Shown: positions 59,525-64,000 of the stretch, one piece after another
How the letters are laid out: every line of letters starts with the position of its first letter
Numbering within the stretch: the stretch's first letter is position 1
NCBI RefSeq assembly: GCF_964204645.1
Contig: NC_134034.1
Span: 9,994,962 to 10,058,961, forward strand
Direction: 5' to 3'
Origin: Tubulanus polymorphus
Lineage: Eukaryota; Animalia; Nemertea
Length of the DNA stretch: 64,000 nucleotides
Position numbers and translations under genes: made by a program
The notes under the pieces: generated by a model
What the model saw: the letters and a program-made list of their open reading frames with translations, nothing else
Told to the model about the DNA's origin: nothing
The model's database searches: none

Positions 59525-61348
59525 ATGTTTCGTCGCTATAAGAAGTTACTAGCCATCTGCGCGTTGCTCGTGGTCGCGTATTACGTCATCTACCGAAGAT
59601 CTCCGGCGATGGTTTCCGATGATGCCCGAACACCGCCGAAGACGATATCGATGGTATTTACGGGTGACATCATGGCGCACCGGAACATAACGCGATCGGT
59701 GTTCGACGAGAAAACTCAAACTTACGATTACAACCCAATATTCAGGTAACTTTATTTCAATGTAACTGAATGTTTCAACTGAAGTTTTGAACACATGTGA
59801 AGTGTGGACGATCAGTTTTTGAAAATGCGCTGAATGTGATAAAATGTCTAATGTCTGGTGTTTGTAGTTCATTTTCAATTAAAAAATGTCTTAAGTGAAG
59901 TTTTAAACAAAAGAGTTAAGCGTGGACGATCAGTCTTTGAAAGTAAGCAGATAAAATGCCTAATATCTGGTGTTTGAAGTTCATGTTCGATTAAAAATGT
60001 CTCAGGTGAAGTTTTGAACACAAGTGTGAATGATCAGGTCTTGAAAGTGTGCTGATAAGATGTCTAATATTTGGTGTTTGTAGTTCGTTTTCAATTAGAA
60101 ATGTCTCGGGTGAAGCACTCAACTTAATTAATCTTTAACTGAAATTACGAACTCATTATTTTACCTGTTTTTAGTTACAATGCTCTATTTGCAGCGAAAA
60201 CCCGTAATTTATGAAAAAATAATCGGCTACTACTTCTCGTCTTAATCTTAACGTAAATATTTGGCATCATCTGTTTAAGGTACGTGAAAAGCAGATTATC
60301 AAGCGCAGACTTCGCGATCGGCAATCTTGAATGTACAGTCGGTTCTTCTCCGGATGCGGACTGGGTGGACGGCCACTTTGCGATGGTCGTGCCTCCGTCG
60401 TTCATCGAAGCTTTACGTAACGCCGGATTCGACGTGCTGGTTACGGCAAACAATCACGCAAACGATATCGGAAAAGCGGGTATCGTCAAAACGAGCGAAA
60501 CTCTAGACGAATTCGGCATCAGACACACGGGAGCGTTCGTCGACGGTGACGCGCGTCGGAGACTCTCACCGTTAATTCTCGAAAAGGACGGGTTCCGTAT
60601 CGCGCTGCTGGCGTTCACCAGACACGTACCGTCCGAGTTTAAAATGGAACCGCCGACCGAAATGAACTATCTCGAAGAAACGACTATTCGTCGCGAGGTG
60701 GAACGCGCTAAAAACATGAACGTCGACCAGATCATCGCCTTCGTGCATTGGGGTAAAGAATTCCAAGAACACCCCGATTACTATCGGCAAAAATTGTGGT
60801 TTAAATTTTTCAAAGAACTCGGCGTGAATATAGTGATCGGGTCTCACCCTCACGTGCTACAACCGATGGTTTGGGATAAAAAGGACGACTCCTTGGTCGT
60901 GTATTCGTTGGGTAATTTCTTAGCCGATATGAAATACAAGATTATTTCGCTGAGAGGTGCGGCCATTTTTCGTCTGGTTCTGGAAAAGTGCGCAGACGGC
61001 AAAGTATCGATTAAAACGGCCGACTACGATTTGACTTTCATTCAAAAACGAATGACCGAGAACGAAGAAACGTCGTACGTCATTCTACCGATCGACGACT
61101 TCGAAAATAACGCGAGTTTTTTCAGCGATTTGAAAACGAAAAACGATTACCTGCTTCGTTCGGCTTCGGATTTGAGACGATTGATGGCCGCCGAAACGAA
61201 GGGAATCTACGAATCGTGTCGCGGGAATAGTCGACGCGGAAGTCTCGAGTTCGAATCGCAGTACTTGCGCATGAATTCAACGGCGCCGCCTGTTAGAATA
61301 TATCCATCGATCTATTCGGAAAACCCGGAGGAGTCGATTGCTCCGTAG
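59525..61348 (+). CDS. CapA-like (PGA_cap) metallophosphoesterase with N-terminal membrane anchor, copy 2
   Basis: Exons 59525-59745 and 60280-61348 (phase-2 GT-AG intron within the Arg codon of F-R-Y). Motifs FTGDIMAH, GNLE, GFDVLVTANNHAND, VHWGKEF, VIGSHPHVLQP, YSLGNF; anchor LLAICALLVVAYYVIY. Confidence 0.92.
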
Positions 61349-61417
61349 CCGGCCTGACCTTCACCCAGCCCTGGCAGTGGTTGTCTCCACACAGTGATTG
61401 GTAAATCAGACACACTA

Positions 61418-61716
61418 AAGCCAGGCGTAGGTCGACCTTGCGCCCCCACTTGTAAGTCAGTTGCGATGTGATTTCCAGCGACTGTGTGCGACTAGTTGCT
61501 CCCAGTCGCAAGAGCGCGTAGATCGGTTGCGACGGTCGCGTCGCCTAGCAGAAAGTAGAACATGTGCGACTCATTGCGACTGGCGTCGCTGGCAGTCGCA
61601 ACCCGTCAAGGTAGCGTAGGTCGGTTGGTCGTTGCGACGCGATCGTCGCTGGTGGTCGCAGTGAGTCGCGTCGCATTCAGTCGCAAGCCGTCGCAAGGCC
61701 GACCTACGCCCGGCTT
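61418..61716. mobile_element. MITE with AAGCC(A/G)GGCGTAGGTCG(A/G)CCTTGCG TIRs
   Basis: AAGCCAGGCGTAGGTCGACCTTGCG ... CGCAAGGCCGACCTACGCCCGGCTT; internal GTCGC/GCGAC repeats; short relative at about 28215-28312. Confidence 0.7.
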
Positions 61717-64000
61717 AAGGTTCTTGGTGAAGGCCGACCCTGCTCCGCGCGTGTTTGGTTCATCTTTTCATTGTTACTATTATTTAATGTATGATGCACA
61801 GTCTTAGGAGATAATTATTCTTCTAAAATAAAGATCTCGTATTCGATTGTCATTTGATTTCAATGATTTTTCAGAAAAATTACAATTCTTATCAGCAAGC
61901 TTTCGCTCTGGTGCTGAGTGCAAAGTGGAATCGCTTTGTGGACCTACAATTTCGTCTGTCTGTCACGCTGACTGATTTGACACCATGGATGGCTCCGAAT
62001 ACAATTTTTCAAATATCAATCTAGAAAGACACTGACCTGAATGGACTGGATAAAGGCAAAGCGACAACCGTCGGTATCGATACGGTTCTTTTGAACATGA
62101 ATCTTTCGGCCACACGCACCCATCGTGCGGCCGGATCCCGACCCGTCCTAACCAACGATTAATTCATCTGTACCCCAGGTTTCAAACGACACTTGAGACA
62201 TTTCTTTTCAAAGTATGTTTCTGGAGAGAGAATTATATCATAACAACAGGGCCTATCCTCTAAAGTGGTTCAGCTGAGCCTCGACGATCTCATGGAATTA
62301 CGAGCACCCAGGGCGAACTTCGGTTATCAGAGTTACGACTATTGTCGAACTAAACGAAAACGAATGTCCGTTAGTCGGTGGTCCGGAGATGGTCGACCAT
62401 GCAATTGACTTAAATGATTATTGCAGTATCTATATACGGGGTACAGCAGTTTAGTAACTAAAACTAACAGATTTGTCATAAAGAGTGAGACTTAAATGAT
62501 TATTTCAGTATCTTTATACGGGGTACAGCAGTTTACTAACTAAAACTAACTTTGCGCCTAATTATTCATGAGTTTGATTATTCTTACATAAATTAGCAGC
62601 ATTTTTTGGTTACTCTGTCTCTGCCTACGTACGACTCTTACTCTTAGGCCATTTAGACCGAAGAGCATTCGAGATTAATCGTCACGTTTGAGCACGACTG
62701 CTCTGTTGAACTGAATCATCATTCATGAACATGTAGACCGGAAATAAATCGGAGTTACGCATGCGCAACGAAGCACCGACCTGGTGTGAAAAAAAATTCG
62801 CGGCTTCGCATCCAGGACTCTGAGCACTGTCTCTATTATACTCCTGACTTCTGAATGATTACTGTGGAGAAGATAAAACTACCCCGGCCCCGATTCCCAA
62901 TCAAAAAGTGTTCATTCCTTCAAGTGTCGATTCTTTACACGTATTGCATTATAGCATATATCTATATATATATATATCTATATGATGCAATAGTTGGGTC
63001 CAAAAAGTTCGGCTTCCTTACTTGTACCTTCGATTTCTGTTGCAGTCGTCACATTTGCTCCCTCACCGATAATCATCTAATTTTTCTGACTTTATAAACG
63101 TCTTTCCGACCCATAATTCGGGCAGTTCGCTTAGTATTAGACACTATTACCACCAGTGGCCCACGAGAGCAGTTTGTGTGAATTTGGCGGGCATATTTTT
63201 AACCGATCGCCCGCTCCGCTAGCCATGAGGCTTGCGTGAGGGTAAAAATACTATCTATTAATATTCTGACACTCAATACACTTTTTTCCTTACACTTTCT
63301 AAACTTCCTTCCGCGAAGTGACGTCTAAGGCTGGCTTCATGTCGACGCCTAGACCAACGCAACCGGCCGGATAATCGCCGATTAGCGCCACATAACCTCA
63401 GCGTTTTAAAACTTCGATACATTTTCACACTTCAAAAGAAAAGATGCCATTGACCGTAATTCAAGAATGGCCAGTGACCTACCTGCAATACCTTTTGAAA
63501 TCATTCCCCAAAGCTTTTGTTATCGGCGATGCAACCAATCACCGGCTACGAATTTTAAGGGGGTCAGTTAAAAACTGGTGGGCGCTCCTACAAGTTGTCA
63601 TTACACTTGGAAATTCTACACGGCGAAGAAGTCTCTGTCGCTGGATATTGCTGAGATAGGACACGTTTTAGAAAAAGAGAATTTTCGTTAGATTGTAACA
63701 AACGCAGCTGAGCTGATAAACTATTTGTTATTAATACAACTGGATTTTGGCAACAGGACACGGAATTTAAAAATGACTTTAAAATTGACTCTTAAATAAA
63801 AGGATTACATTTTCAAAGTGCTGCTTCATCCGCGTAACAAGGTTGCTGTAAGGTAGGTGGAACATTTATTTAAAATTAGCGGTCGAAATTATGTTTTATA
63901 GGTTTAGATTTAGGAAAAAATAGTTGCACTTTAGGTTAGGGTTAGGTTAGGTTTGATTAACAGGTACCGATACCCAGTATTACAGCTTCATGGAAGATAC

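Noticed and set aside
54715-61348. Bacterial contamination as the source of the capA-like genes
   Set aside because: Both have spliceosomal introns at a shared position containing host repeat families, and no bacterial operon neighbours are present.
63055-63070. In-frame TGA near a CxxC motif as selenocysteine
   Set aside because: The surrounding frame has other stops and frameshifts and no SECIS element could be identified.

Overview
AT-rich, intron-containing animal genomic DNA, probably a lophotrochozoan/spiralian invertebrate (inferred from gene content, not proven). Gene models reconstructed by hand from GT-AG splice sites and codon phase: (1) a 9-exon DEG/ENaC channel (- strand, 950 aa) with a ~460-aa helical insertion in the extracellular knuckle region and a stop codon inside a 26-bp minisatellite; (2) an SLC38A11-like amino acid transporter (+) with an apparent pair of mutually exclusive transmembrane exons; (3) an alternating - strand cluster CAP2-GPCR2-CAP1-GPCR1 (two tiny secreted CAP/SCP proteins with toxin-like divergence, two intronless orphan class A GPCRs), head-to-head with a JHAMT-like SAM methyltransferase and followed by a GPCR pseudogene fragment; (4) two divergently transcribed, spliced, membrane-anchored homologues of bacterial CapA (PGA_cap metallophosphoesterase), the best candidate for a horizontally acquired and domesticated system. 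The 9-30 kb interval is gene-poor: SINEs, MITEs (one family with 9-bp TSDs), Penelope-type hammerhead-like termini, minisatellites and a run of decayed orphan ORFs that may be an endogenous viral relic. No CRISPR, rRNA or true tRNA genes were seen.
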